Below, one piece after another: positions 39,510 through 49,342 of a stretch of 64,000 bases of DNA. Below the pieces are notes generated by a model, which made no database searches, was not told where the DNA came from, and was given only the letters and a program-made list of their open reading frames with translations. The first letter of the stretch is position 1, and every line of letters begins with the position of its first letter. Both the position numbers and the translations under genes were made by a program. The DNA comes from a candidate division WOR-3 bacterium (GTDB lineage: Bacteria; Hydrothermota; UBA3072; B12-G15). The stretch lies in assembly GCA_965649055.1 (NCBI GenBank), contig CBFGJG010000006.1:2219-66218 (forward strand), given 5' to 3'.

Positions 39510-40057
39510 AAACCCGATAGGAATTCAAGGTGAACCTTTAAGTAATCCTCTGAAAATTCCTTTGGTAATGGTGGAAGTCTTCTCGTTGAGATAACTGCGT
39601 TTATTGCGGCTTCATTGAATATTGTATTCCCCGAATCTTCTTCAAGGCGGACATTCCTAATAGTCCCATCAGAAGAGACCTCAAAATAAACAACACATCT
39701 TAAAACAATATCCTTATCCTTAAAAGGATTTACCCATTCACTTCCTATCTTTGAAAGTAATATGTTGAGATAATACGAGTAATTAAAACCTTTTCCACTA
39801 CCTGTTTCTATCTGTGGTGTAACATCCTGTATTCTTTTCTCCTTCCTTTCTTTACCAATCGGACTTTTCTCTTTTTTTTCTTCCTTATAGACCTCTTTTT
39901 TCTCTTTAAATTCTTCCTTCGGAACAGGCATTGGTGCAAAAGAAACCCTGTATACTTCAAAGACCTTCCTCTTCTTAAAATCCCCCCTGCTCTTTATCCC
40001 TATAATAGAAAGAACTGAAATATGAAGGATAAAAGACAGTAAAATAAATTTATTCAC
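39506..40057 (-). CDS. TolA/TonB-like energy-transducer protein (short)
   Basis: It has an N-terminal TM segment, a K/E-rich linker and a TonB-C-like domain. Its position between tolR and tolB implies TolA. Confidence 0.6.
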   Translation of the reverse strand: MNKFILLSFILHISVLSIIGIKSRGDFKKRKVFEVYRVSFAPMPVPKEEFKEKKEVYKEEKKEKSPIGKERKEKRIQDVTPQIETGSGKGFNYSYYLNILLSKIGSEWVNPFKDKDIVLRCVVYFEVSSDGTIRNVRLEEDSGNTIFNEAAINAVISTRRLPPLPKEFSEDYLKVHLEFLSGL

Positions 40058-40449
40058 CTTTCGGGTATCTCCGCAACAAGTCCAACCTCATTTATACCAA
40101 GTTTTTTTATCTTACCTATTGTCTCAACCACAAATCCGTAATCAATTGTTTTATCCGCCTTTATATAAACAATAACATTTGGTGGCTTTTTCTTTACAAT
40201 CTCACTTAAAGTTTCTTCAAATTTATTTGGTTCTATTTTCTTCTCCTCAATAAATATTTCTTTTTTTGAATTTATTGAAATGGTAATACCCTCTTCATCC
40301 CTTGGGAGAGATGCATCAACCTTTGGTAGATTCACATCTATACCGGGTGTCATCATAGGTGCAGTAATAATGAAAACAATAAGAATTGTCAGGCTCACAT
40401 CAACAAGGTTTGTTATGTTAATCTCGTTAAATTTTTTCCTTCTTTTCAA
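40054..40449 (-). CDS. tolR: TolR/ExbD biopolymer transport protein
   Basis: It has a single TM segment and an ExbD/TolR periplasmic domain. It is 131 aa long. Confidence 0.8.
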   Translation of the reverse strand: MKRRKKFNEINITNLVDVSLTILIVFIITAPMMTPGIDVNLPKVDASLPRDEEGITISINSKKEIFIEEKKIEPNKFEETLSEIVKKKPPNVIVYIKADKTIDYGFVVETIGKIKKLGINEVGLVAEIPER

Positions 40450-41068
40450 GATTACCAGCTTTTAGATATGAAAGAAAGACTTCTTTAATTATATCTGTTC
40501 TTGATTCAACAATCTCAATCTTTCTACCAATATAGTTATAAAAAAATAATGCAGGGATTGCAACAAGTAATCCATATACAGTTGTTATCAATGCATCTGA
40601 AATACCTGGTGCAACAACTGTTATATGTGCTGAACCCCTTAACCTTATCTGCAAAAAAGAGATCATTATCCCCCAAACAGTTCCAAGGAGTCCCAGGAAA
40701 GGACTTAATGTAACAGTGGTTCCAAGTAAATAAACCTGGGATTCAAGGGATTCTATCTTTTTAATCCTCTCGTTATCAAACCCAATCATTGCATTCTGGA
40801 TATCTCCGTTCTTCTTAAATTCCCTTACCCCTTCATACAGTATTTCACCAAAGAAGCTCCCTTTAAGAAGGTTTTCATTGTTAAAATACCTGAATATATT
40901 CCCTGCTTTTATCACTTCATCCCAGAATTTCCAATCCCTTCCTATTTTATTCAGGTCAAAAAGTTTCTTGAAGAAAATACCCCATGAATAAATTGAAAGG
41001 AGCAGAAGAACACTCATTATTATCTGCGCCATCAGACTTGATTCAATAAATATCCTGAATATATTCAT
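40427..41068 (-). CDS. tolQ: TolQ/ExbB/MotA-family proton channel
   Basis: It has 3 TM segments and the conserved GLLGTVWGIM block. Confidence 0.85.
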   Translation of the reverse strand: MNIFRIFIESSLMAQIIMSVLLLLSIYSWGIFFKKLFDLNKIGRDWKFWDEVIKAGNIFRYFNNENLLKGSFFGEILYEGVREFKKNGDIQNAMIGFDNERIKKIESLESQVYLLGTTVTLSPFLGLLGTVWGIMISFLQIRLRGSAHITVVAPGISDALITTVYGLLVAIPALFFYNYIGRKIEIVESRTDIIKEVFLSYLKAGNLEKKEKI

Positions 41069-41739
41069 TTATTTAGCCTATTTTTTGCAAGTGTTGCTTC
41101 CGGTGAATCAGGGTATTCAAGGATAACCCTCTCAAAATAAATATTTGCATTCTTTTTGTCGTTTGCACTCTCATATATTACACCTATCTTGTAAAGTGCA
41201 GTGGGAACCTTTGAACCCTGAGGAAATTTATTTATCAGTTCTAAGAACCTATCAATAGCATCCTGTCTTTTTCCAAGACCCAGATAGGATTCCCCTATAA
41301 GATACAATACATTCTCTGTTAATTTTGATTCCGGAAATTTCTTCAGGAATTCTTCAAATCCCTTTATAGATTCATTGTAATTCCCTTTTACATAATTAAG
41401 ATATGCGGCATCGTAAACTGTTTTTTCTTCATTCGGGACAACATCTACCTTCTCTTTAAAATAACCAAGTCTTGAAGATATAAATTCTTCCTGCTCTTTC
41501 AATCTTTCATTAGTTCTTTCAAGCCTTAATGATATCTCTTCAAGCCTTAGATTCATATCTGTTTTTAACATCTGGATTTCCTTTCCATATGATGTTAACA
41601 TACTATCCATTTTTATTGTATAGTATCTAAGGCTATCTAATTCCCAGTTATAATTCCTTATCCTTTTTGTATTCACACATCCTATGGAAAGGAGTATTAT
41701 TGTAAAAAATAATATATTTTTATTTGACAACAAACTCAC
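41065..41739 (-). CDS. cpoB: Tol-Pal system protein YbgF/CpoB-like (coiled coil plus TPR)
   Basis: It has a signal peptide, an N-terminal coiled coil and C-terminal TPR repeats. It lies in the tol-pal cluster. Confidence 0.6.
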   Translation of the reverse strand: MSLLSNKNILFFTIILLSIGCVNTKRIRNYNWELDSLRYYTIKMDSMLTSYGKEIQMLKTDMNLRLEEISLRLERTNERLKEQEEFISSRLGYFKEKVDVVPNEEKTVYDAAYLNYVKGNYNESIKGFEEFLKKFPESKLTENVLYLIGESYLGLGKRQDAIDRFLELINKFPQGSKVPTALYKIGVIYESANDKKNANIYFERVILEYPDSPEATLAKNRLNK

Positions 41740-42187
41740 ATCTTCTGTTTTTCTTTAAATCTGTCCTGTCGAGCGGTCTTTCCTCACCGTAGCTTACTAT
41801 TGATATTCTATCAGGTGATATCCCAAGGTTAACAAGATAATCCCTTGCTGCCTTTGCCCTTTTCTCACCAAGTGCCATATTATATTCAGCTGTCCCTATC
41901 TCACAGCAATGACCTTCAATAACTATCTTTATATCAGGATAAATCTTGAGCATCTCTGCATTCTTCTTAAGGATTTCTGCCGCATCGCTCCTTATCTCAT
42001 ACTTATCAAAATCAAAGAAAATCCTCTGAAGGACAAGTTCGGGTTTTGGGGGTTCAACAGGCTTTGGTTCTTCGACTGGTTTTGGTTCTTCAACAACAAC
42101 AGGTTGTGGTTCTTCCTGTTTTACAACCTGTTTCTTTGCACAATTAAAAACGACCACCAATGCTAACAACAAAAGAATATACCTCAT
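41720..42187 (-). CDS. pal: Peptidoglycan-associated lipoprotein (OmpA-family C-terminal domain)
   Basis: It has a lipobox (VVFNCAK), a Pro/Glu-rich linker and an OmpA-like domain (NAEMLKIYPDIKIVIEGHCCEIGTAEYNMALGEKRA). Confidence 0.8.
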   Translation of the reverse strand: MRYILLLLALVVVFNCAKKQVVKQEEPQPVVVEEPKPVEEPKPVEPPKPELVLQRIFFDFDKYEIRSDAAEILKKNAEMLKIYPDIKIVIEGHCCEIGTAEYNMALGEKRAKAARDYLVNLGISPDRISIVSYGEERPLDRTDLKKNRRCEFVVK

Positions 42188-42244
42188 AATACCTCCTTTT
42201 TTTATCTTAATATATAAACAATAATTTTTTTGTCAACTTTTTTC

Positions 42245-42272
42245 TTGAAATTTATTCTTTTTATCATAAATT
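42245..42272 (+). promoter_or_regulatory. Sigma70-like promoter placed for leaderless expression of the ABC exporter operon
   Basis: TTGAAA (42245-50) is followed by a 16-nt spacer and TAAATT (42267-72). The ATG lies at 42280 and no SD is present. Confidence 0.4.
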
Positions 42273-42279
42273 AATCTCT

Positions 42280-43974
42280 ATGTTAAAACTTTTATTAAAA
42301 TACAGGTGGAGAGTGATTCTTGGTATCATCGTCCTCCTAATAGTTGATGGTATACAAATCATTGTTCCAATTATTGTAAAACAGGCAATAGATAATCTTG
42401 CAACAGGTATCTATTCGAGGCTGCTTTATTATGCCTTTCTTATAATACTGCTCTCATTATGTGTTGCATTCTTCAGATTCTGGTGGAGATTTTTCATAAT
42501 AGGAAATTCAAGGCTTATAGAACGTGAATTAAGAGATAATTTCACTTCACATATACTTAATATGGATGCATATTTCTTTAAGAAGAGAAATATAGGTGAC
42601 CTTATGGCCCTTTCAACAAATGATATTGAGGCAATAAGGATGGCAATAGGTATGGGAACAATAGCGATAGTTGATGCTGTTTTCCTAAGCCTTGCATCAC
42701 TTGCGATGATGCTAAAACTTGATATAAGGCTAACATTACTTGCACTTATCCCGACACCATTTTTAACCATCTTAACTTATATATTCGGTAAGGAAGTCCA
42801 CAAAAGATTTGAAAGACAGCAGGAAGGATTCTCCATATTGACTGAAAAGGTCAGGGAAATACTCGCAGGTGTTAAGGTTCTTAAAGGATATAATCAGGAA
42901 AAAGGTGCTTTAAACTCTTTTGGGATGGTGAATAAAGATTATTATAAAAGAATTATATCAATGTTAAAAGTCTCTTCTGCATTTGATCCTTTCCTTGGAT
43001 TTTTTGCGATGCTATCAATGGGTATAGTCCTCTGGTTTGGTTCGGTAGATGTTGTTAGCGGCAGGATAACACTTGGTTCATTCGTTGCTTTCTTCAACTA
43101 TTTAAACCTGATGATATGGCCTATGATTGCATTCGGCTGGGTTGTGAACCTGTTCCAGCGGGGAAGCGCATCTTATAAAAGGGTAAAAGAGGTTTTTGAT
43201 GAGATTCCTGTTATTAAAAAAGGTGGAAGAAAGATCGATATTCAGGGTGAAATTTCAATAAAGAATCTTTCGTTCTCTTACAACGGGGAGAAGGTTTTAA
43301 AAAACATCAATATGATATTTGAAAAAGGAAAGACAACAGCGATAGTAGGCCTAACAGGTTCAGGGAAAAGCACACTTGTTAATCTTATCTTGAGATTTTT
43401 CGATTCGGAAGGAATAACTGTGGATGGGATACCTATAAATGTAATAGATTTAGACATATTAAGAAGGTCAATAGGTTATGTCCCACAGGAAACATTTCTA
43501 TTCTCGGATACTGTTTTTAATAACATTTCTTTTGGTGTAGAAGATGCAAAACTTGAAGATGTTGTCCGTGTTGCAAAAACAGCAATGATACATGACGAGA
43601 TAATGGAACTACCACAAGGATACGATACAATGCTTGGGGAAAAAGGTGTGAATCTTTCAGGTGGACAGAAACAAAGGATTGCAATCGCAAGGGCGCTTCT
43701 TCTTTCACCAAAAATATTGATACTTGATGATTCACTCTCATCTGTTGATTCACATACTGAGAAAAATATAATGGAAAATCTAAAAGATTATCTTAAGGAA
43801 AGGACATCCATTGTTATAAGCCATAGAATTGCTGCTATAAAGAATTTTGATTATATCTATGTCCTTGATAATGGAAAAATTGTTGAAGAAGGGAAACACA
43901 GAAAGCTTCTTGAAAAGAAAGGACTTTACTTCACACTTTACCAGAGGCAGAAACTTGAGGAGAAGATTCTATGA
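42280..43974 (+). CDS. ABC exporter ATP-binding/permease fusion protein (half-transporter, subunit 1)
   Basis: It has a 6-TM domain and an NBD with Walker A GLTGSGKST, signature LSGGQKQR, Walker B ILILDD and an H-loop. Confidence 0.85.
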   Translation: MLKLLLKYRWRVILGIIVLLIVDGIQIIVPIIVKQAIDNLATGIYSRLLYYAFLIILLSLCVAFFRFWWRFFIIGNSRLIERELRDNFTSHILNMDAYFFKKRNIGDLMALSTNDIEAIRMAIGMGTIAIVDAVFLSLASLAMMLKLDIRLTLLALIPTPFLTILTYIFGKEVHKRFERQQEGFSILTEKVREILAGVKVLKGYNQEKGALNSFGMVNKDYYKRIISMLKVSSAFDPFLGFFAMLSMGIVLWFGSVDVVSGRITLGSFVAFFNYLNLMIWPMIAFGWVVNLFQRGSASYKRVKEVFDEIPVIKKGGRKIDIQGEISIKNLSFSYNGEKVLKNINMIFEKGKTTAIVGLTGSGKSTLVNLILRFFDSEGITVDGIPINVIDLDILRRSIGYVPQETFLFSDTVFNNISFGVEDAKLEDVVRVAKTAMIHDEIMELPQGYDTMLGEKGVNLSGGQKQRIAIARALLLSPKILILDDSLSSVDSHTEKNIMENLKDYLKERTSIVISHRIAAIKNFDYIYVLDNGKIVEEGKHRKLLEKKGLYFTLYQRQKLEEKIL

Positions 43975-45995
43975 TGCATCAGGATATACCTTTTGAAAAG
44001 ACCGAAAGAAAGGTTTCAAACTTTAAGATTTACAGATGGCTTTTAAAATATATAAGGAAGCATATTCTTTCTATAACCATTAATTTCTTCCTCCTACTTA
44101 TAATAACCATATTTGAACTTGTTCTACCATATTTTTTGAAGATTGGTATAGATAGATACATTATGCCAAATATAAAGGAAGTATACTCTGATTATGATAA
44201 AAATACATTCATTATAGATGGGAGAAAATTTGTTAAAACCGAAGGTTTATCATCAAGGATTATTGAAGGAGAAGTAAAGAGAAAATCTTTCTCACAGGAA
44301 AACTATTATCTTGTAAGCAACACAATTGAAAAACCTTCAGGTATTGAGATTATATCAGGAGATGAGTTTTATCTTATATCATCTAAAGAATTCTCTAAAT
44401 TACCTGTGAAAGAAAGATTCAGAATAAGGATATATGAAATTAAAATGATTAGAAGGCTGAGCGGGATATTTATCCTTATAACAATTATAAATTTTATTTT
44501 TACATTTATACAGATGTTCCATCTCCAGAAGATTGGACAGGTGATGTCTTTGAGTATAAGGGAAGATATTATAATGAAATTTCTAAAGATGAACATATCA
44601 TATTTTGAGAAAAATCCACTTGGGAGATTGGTAACAAGGGCAACAAACGATGTGAACACATTAAACGAGATGTTTACATCTGTTATAGTTTATCTATTCA
44701 AGGATTTCCTTCTTATACTGGGTATACTTGGATTTATGCTTAAGATGAGCCCGAGATTATTCATAATTGTTCTCATAATACTACCTGTAATTTTACTCAT
44801 AACATCGTTATTCAGATTGGTCTTGAGAAATGTTTACAGGGAAGTAAGAAGATTAATATCTGTTATAAATGCATTTTTATCAGAGACATTCTCTGGAATA
44901 AGGGTAGTTCAGGCATTTGTTCAGGAAGAGAAGATGAAAAATAAATTCTTCAAGATAAACAAGGAATATTTTGATATAACGATTAAGATGATGCTTGTTT
45001 TTTCAACATTCAGGCCCGTTATAAGTTTTATAAGGTCACTGGGACTTGCATTACTCATATATTATGGTGGTAAAGGTATTATTTCATCCGTTATAACATT
45101 CGGTTCACTCGTTGCATTCTTAAATTACCTTGATATGCTCTTCAGACCCATTGAAGATTTAACTGAAAAATTTAATGTCCTTGAGTCTTCTATGGCTGCT
45201 TCGGAAAGAATTTATTTCATAATGAATGAAAAAGAAGAAACAAATCAGGATAACATTGCATCCATAAGGTTTGAAGGTAATATTGAATTCAAGAATGTAT
45301 GGTTTGCATACGAAGATGAATGGGTCTTAAAAGACATATCATTTAAGGTAAAGAAAGGGGAAAAAGTAGGTATAGTTGGTTATACAGGTTCAGGGAAGAC
45401 CACACTTATGAAATTACTAACAAGATTCTACGACCCTCAAAAGGGTAAAATAACGATTGATGGAAAGGATATAAAAGAGATAAACAGGATGTCTTTAAGG
45501 AGACAGATTGGAACAGTTTATCAGGAACCATTCCTTTTTAACGCATCTTTAAGGGAAAACATAACGCTCTTTGAAGATATTCCTGAAGAAAGGCTTCGTC
45601 TTGCATTGGATGTCTCTAATCTAAGAAAGGTGATGGAAAGAAAGAAAATAGACCTTGAATTTATTGTTGGTCCTGAAGGCACAAACCTCTCTGTTGGGGA
45701 AAAACAACTTGTTACCTTTGCAAGGGCTGTTGCATTCGATACACCAATACTTGTCCTTGATGAAGCAACAGCAAATATCGACCCTGAAACAGAACATCTT
45801 ATCCAAGAAGCCTTAAGTAAGGTTATCAAAGGAAGAACTTCTCTCATTATAGCACATAGAATTTCCACATTGAAGGAAGTTGAAAGGATAATAGTTATTC
45901 ATAAAGGTAAGATTGTAGAAGAAGGGACACAGGAAGAACTCCTCAGGAAAAAAGGGATTTTTGCCTATCTTTTTAAATTGCAAAGTGTTGGATAA
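43971..45995 (+). CDS. ABC exporter ATP-binding/permease fusion protein (subunit 2) with a ~110-aa insertion in the first extracytoplasmic loop
   Basis: The NBD has GYTGSGKTT, LSVGEKQL, LVLDEAT and an H-loop. An extra soluble segment sits between TM1 and TM2, and the protein is 674 aa long. Confidence 0.85.
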   Translation: MMHQDIPFEKTERKVSNFKIYRWLLKYIRKHILSITINFFLLLIITIFELVLPYFLKIGIDRYIMPNIKEVYSDYDKNTFIIDGRKFVKTEGLSSRIIEGEVKRKSFSQENYYLVSNTIEKPSGIEIISGDEFYLISSKEFSKLPVKERFRIRIYEIKMIRRLSGIFILITIINFIFTFIQMFHLQKIGQVMSLSIREDIIMKFLKMNISYFEKNPLGRLVTRATNDVNTLNEMFTSVIVYLFKDFLLILGILGFMLKMSPRLFIIVLIILPVILLITSLFRLVLRNVYREVRRLISVINAFLSETFSGIRVVQAFVQEEKMKNKFFKINKEYFDITIKMMLVFSTFRPVISFIRSLGLALLIYYGGKGIISSVITFGSLVAFLNYLDMLFRPIEDLTEKFNVLESSMAASERIYFIMNEKEETNQDNIASIRFEGNIEFKNVWFAYEDEWVLKDISFKVKKGEKVGIVGYTGSGKTTLMKLLTRFYDPQKGKITIDGKDIKEINRMSLRRQIGTVYQEPFLFNASLRENITLFEDIPEERLRLALDVSNLRKVMERKKIDLEFIVGPEGTNLSVGEKQLVTFARAVAFDTPILVLDEATANIDPETEHLIQEALSKVIKGRTSLIIAHRISTLKEVERIIVIHKGKIVEEGTQEELLRKKGIFAYLFKLQSVG

Positions 45996-46045
45996 ATTTT
46001 TAAAATTTTACTTGACAAATAACATTTTTAATTTAAACTGACTTT

Positions 46046-46945
46046 ATGAAGGTTTGGACCATAATAATAAGTTTCGGGAATAAAAACAAGACAATAAACA
46101 TTAATGAAAAACATTATTTAACTATATTGATATTCTTTTCGTTCATTTTATCCTTATTTTTATATCTCAACATCGAAGGATATAAAAGAAGGGTTAATAT
46201 TATAAAGGTAGAAAGATTAAAAAGAGAAAAGGAAATACTCGTAAATTATATGAATAATCTGAGTGAAAAAATATCTTACACAAAACAGGAGACAGAAAGT
46301 ATACTTATTAAAACCATTTTAATATCCTATATTTCAGAGAATAACTTCCCCGAGAACTTTAACAAGAATATGGGTACCGGTGGATTCTTTGATAACATTG
46401 ATATAAACGATATTAGGGTTTCAAAACAGGTTGAGAATGCTGTGATTGAGAAAGAAAGGATTAAAAATATCTTGAATTTCCAGTTTAACAATATTGAAAA
46501 ATGTAAGAAAAAGTTTAACGAAAAAGATGCACTTACAAAGGCAACCCCATCAATCTGGCCAACATTCGGATATATGACAGCAGGATTTGGTGAAAGATTA
46601 CATCCTGTTTATGGAAAGAAGGAGTTCCACAGAGGTATTGATATTGCAAATCATCCCGGAACATCTGTCTATGCAGCTGCTTATGGTAGAATTGAATTTG
46701 CTGGTTGGAAAGACGGATATGGATATACTATTATAATAGACCATGGTTATGGTTACAAAACAAAATATGCTCATCTGAAAAATATATATGTTAAGGTTGG
46801 AACATATGTCAGGAGAGGTGAATTAATTGGAACAATAGGTTCCACAGGGCTTACAACAGGTCCACATCTTCACTACGAAGTCCTTGTTACAGATAAACCA
46901 GTGAATCCCTGGGGTTATCTGGATAATTCAAAAAACACCTATTAA
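46046..46945 (+). CDS. M23 family metallopeptidase
   Basis: It has HRGIDIA, GYGYTIIIDHGYGYKTKYAHL and PHLHYEV (the HxxxD...HxH pattern). An N-terminal TM segment and a coiled coil are also present. Confidence 0.8.
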   Translation: MKVWTIIISFGNKNKTININEKHYLTILIFFSFILSLFLYLNIEGYKRRVNIIKVERLKREKEILVNYMNNLSEKISYTKQETESILIKTILISYISENNFPENFNKNMGTGGFFDNIDINDIRVSKQVENAVIEKERIKNILNFQFNNIEKCKKKFNEKDALTKATPSIWPTFGYMTAGFGERLHPVYGKKEFHRGIDIANHPGTSVYAAAYGRIEFAGWKDGYGYTIIIDHGYGYKTKYAHLKNIYVKVGTYVRRGELIGTIGSTGLTTGPHLHYEVLVTDKPVNPWGYLDNSKNTY

Positions 46946-46951
46946 TTATTT

Positions 46952-47851
46952 ATGATATTAGCCCCGCTTGAGGGTTACACAACATCAAATGTCCGTTTGT
47001 TTTTCAGAAATTTTGGTGCAGATGCTGTCTTCTCAGAGATGATTTCTGCCAAAGCCCTTTTATCATATAACAGAAAAACATTAAAAAGATTGAGATTTCA
47101 AAATGAAGAAAGACCAATAGGAATTCAGATATTCGGTAATAAAAAAGAGACACTCATTGATGCAGCAAGATTATTAGAAGATGAATTTAATCCTGATTTT
47201 ATAGATATTAATATGGGATGCCCTGCAAAAAAAATTGTTAAAACAGGTTCAGGCGCTGCACTTCTAAAAGAACCAGAAAATACCTTAAAAATGATTGAAG
47301 GCATTGTTAACGCAGTAAAGACAAATATAACAGTTAAAACAAGAATAGGATTTGATAAACCACTGAATAGAGACTTTTTTATATCGTTGAAAAACACAGG
47401 TGTGAAATTTATCACGATACATGGTAGGCTCGCTAAGGATTTTTTTTCAACACCTGTTAACTGGGATTATATATTTGAAATAGCGTCATATGGCATACCC
47501 GTTGTTGGCAACGGTGATATCTTTACACCTCTGGATGCTGAAAATATTCTTAAGAAAAATATTGTGAATGATATTATGATTGGAAGAGGTGCAATAAGAG
47601 ACCCTTACATATTTATGAAGATAAGAAAAGAAGAAGTAAAAATACCTGAAAGAAAGGAACATTATTTCTTGAATTTTTTAATAGAAAGCGGAGAAGATTT
47701 TATAACAATAAAAAAATTCTCATATCATATATTCAGAGAAAGAAACAATGTCAAGAGGATAAGGGATATGATAAACAGGTCAAAGAATATAAATGACCTG
47801 TTAAAGATATGCGAGTTTTGGGAAGAAAACGTATATGATAGAACTTATTGA
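46952..47851 (+). CDS. dus: tRNA-dihydrouridine synthase
   Basis: It has a TIM-barrel flavoenzyme pattern with APLEGYT, DINMGCPAKK and the catalytic Cys. Confidence 0.8.
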   Translation: MILAPLEGYTTSNVRLFFRNFGADAVFSEMISAKALLSYNRKTLKRLRFQNEERPIGIQIFGNKKETLIDAARLLEDEFNPDFIDINMGCPAKKIVKTGSGAALLKEPENTLKMIEGIVNAVKTNITVKTRIGFDKPLNRDFFISLKNTGVKFITIHGRLAKDFFSTPVNWDYIFEIASYGIPVVGNGDIFTPLDAENILKKNIVNDIMIGRGAIRDPYIFMKIRKEEVKIPERKEHYFLNFLIESGEDFITIKKFSYHIFRERNNVKRIRDMINRSKNINDLLKICEFWEENVYDRTY

Positions 47852-48554
47852 TGTATGTTATAAGGATATTATAAAAAATATTAATCTAAATATTGACTTT
47901 AGAGACAAACTGATTCTTGCCGGTCCAAATGGTAGTGGAAAAACACTTTTATCTTTGCTCATTTCTGGTATTATAAGACCAACATCAGGTAAAATAATCA
48001 TAAATGGGAAAAACATTGAAGATATAGAAATAAAAGAGCTGAGAAGGAAAATCGGTATTGTTTTTCAGGAGCCTGAAATGCAGTTTGTAACAATGAGCGT
48101 TGAAAAGGAGATCGAATTTGGAATGCAGAATCTCAATTTTACAGAGTATATGATAAGGGATATAAAGGAATATCTATTTGAAAAATTCTCAATAAACGAT
48201 ATAAAGAAAAATTCTCCATTTGAATTATCAGGTGGAGAAAAACAAATAGTTGCAATTGCGTCTATTCTGGCTATGAAACCTGAATTTATAATATTTGATG
48301 AAGTTACATCTTTTCTTGACCTTAAATATAGAAGGAAAATCTATAATTTTATCGAAGGTTATTCAGGTGGTTTTCTGTGGATCACACAGAATTTTGATGA
48401 ATTCCCAATTGGGAAAACATTGATAACACTTGATAGAGGAAAGATTGTATTTATGGATGATATTGAAAAAATGATAAGGGAAGAAAAACTCCCAACATCC
48501 GAAATACTTATAAGAAAAAGGATTCGAGAAGAGGGTCTTGAAAAATATATATGA
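47835..48554 (+). CDS. ECF-transporter-type ABC ATPase (EcfA-like, subunit 1)
   Basis: It has Walker A GPNGSGKT, the ECF Q-loop VFQEPEMQF, signature LSGGEKQ and Walker B IIFDEVTS. Confidence 0.75.
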   Translation: MIELIDVCYKDIIKNINLNIDFRDKLILAGPNGSGKTLLSLLISGIIRPTSGKIIINGKNIEDIEIKELRRKIGIVFQEPEMQFVTMSVEKEIEFGMQNLNFTEYMIRDIKEYLFEKFSINDIKKNSPFELSGGEKQIVAIASILAMKPEFIIFDEVTSFLDLKYRRKIYNFIEGYSGGFLWITQNFDEFPIGKTLITLDRGKIVFMDDIEKMIREEKLPTSEILIRKRIREEGLEKYI

Positions 48555-49342
48555 TTAGCATAAAGATGCTTAATTATTCACAGGGTTCTAAAAAGATTTT
48601 GAAGAATATAAATCTTGAATTTGAAGAAAGAAAGGTTCATCTAATATTAGGTCCTACAGGCTCAGGTAAAACAACACTTCTTTCAATGATTATGGGATTT
48701 ATAAATCCCGATTCAGGAGAGATTTCTGTTCCAAGGGGTGATATAAAAGAACTTAGAAAAAATATGGGTATGGTATTCCAGTTCCCAGAAGATATGTTTT
48801 TCGCTGAATCTGTTCTTGATGAACTCACAATTCCTTTAAAAAACAGGAATATAAAGAAGGCTGAAGAATTCTTAAATGATATTCTAATATCATTGGGCCT
48901 TGATAAAAGTATACTTTCCTCATCCCCATACAATCTCTCATACGGAGAAAAAAGGCTTGTTGCACTTGGTTCAATTCTCTCTTTTTCACCTGAATGGATC
49001 CTTCTTGACGAAGTTTTTGCCGGGCTTGACTGGGAATATGATAAAAAGGTTGTTAATATTATAGAGAGATTTAAAGAAGGAAAAAGCTTGATCATTGTAA
49101 CTCACAGGATTGATTCTGTAATAAGACTTGTTGATACAGTGACATTGCTTGATTCAGGGGAAGTTGTTTTTTCTGCGCCGGTTGATAAAGTTGACTGGAA
49201 GATTGTTTACGATAGAGGTTGCGATGTCCCTTCAACTGTAAAATTTGCATTTCAACTGTTAAGGAAAAACATAAACATTGGTCAACCGATAACGATAAAT
49301 CAGCTTATAAAAAATCTCAAAGAATTCGTATGGGCAAAATAA
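48551..49342 (+). CDS. ECF-transporter-type ABC ATPase (EcfA'-like, subunit 2)
   Basis: It has GPTGSGKTT, MVFQFPEDMFF, LSYGEKRL, ILLDEVFAGLD and the VTHRID H-loop. Confidence 0.75.
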   Translation: MISIKMLNYSQGSKKILKNINLEFEERKVHLILGPTGSGKTTLLSMIMGFINPDSGEISVPRGDIKELRKNMGMVFQFPEDMFFAESVLDELTIPLKNRNIKKAEEFLNDILISLGLDKSILSSSPYNLSYGEKRLVALGSILSFSPEWILLDEVFAGLDWEYDKKVVNIIERFKEGKSLIIVTHRIDSVIRLVDTVTLLDSGEVVFSAPVDKVDWKIVYDRGCDVPSTVKFAFQLLRKNINIGQPITINQLIKNLKEFVWAK

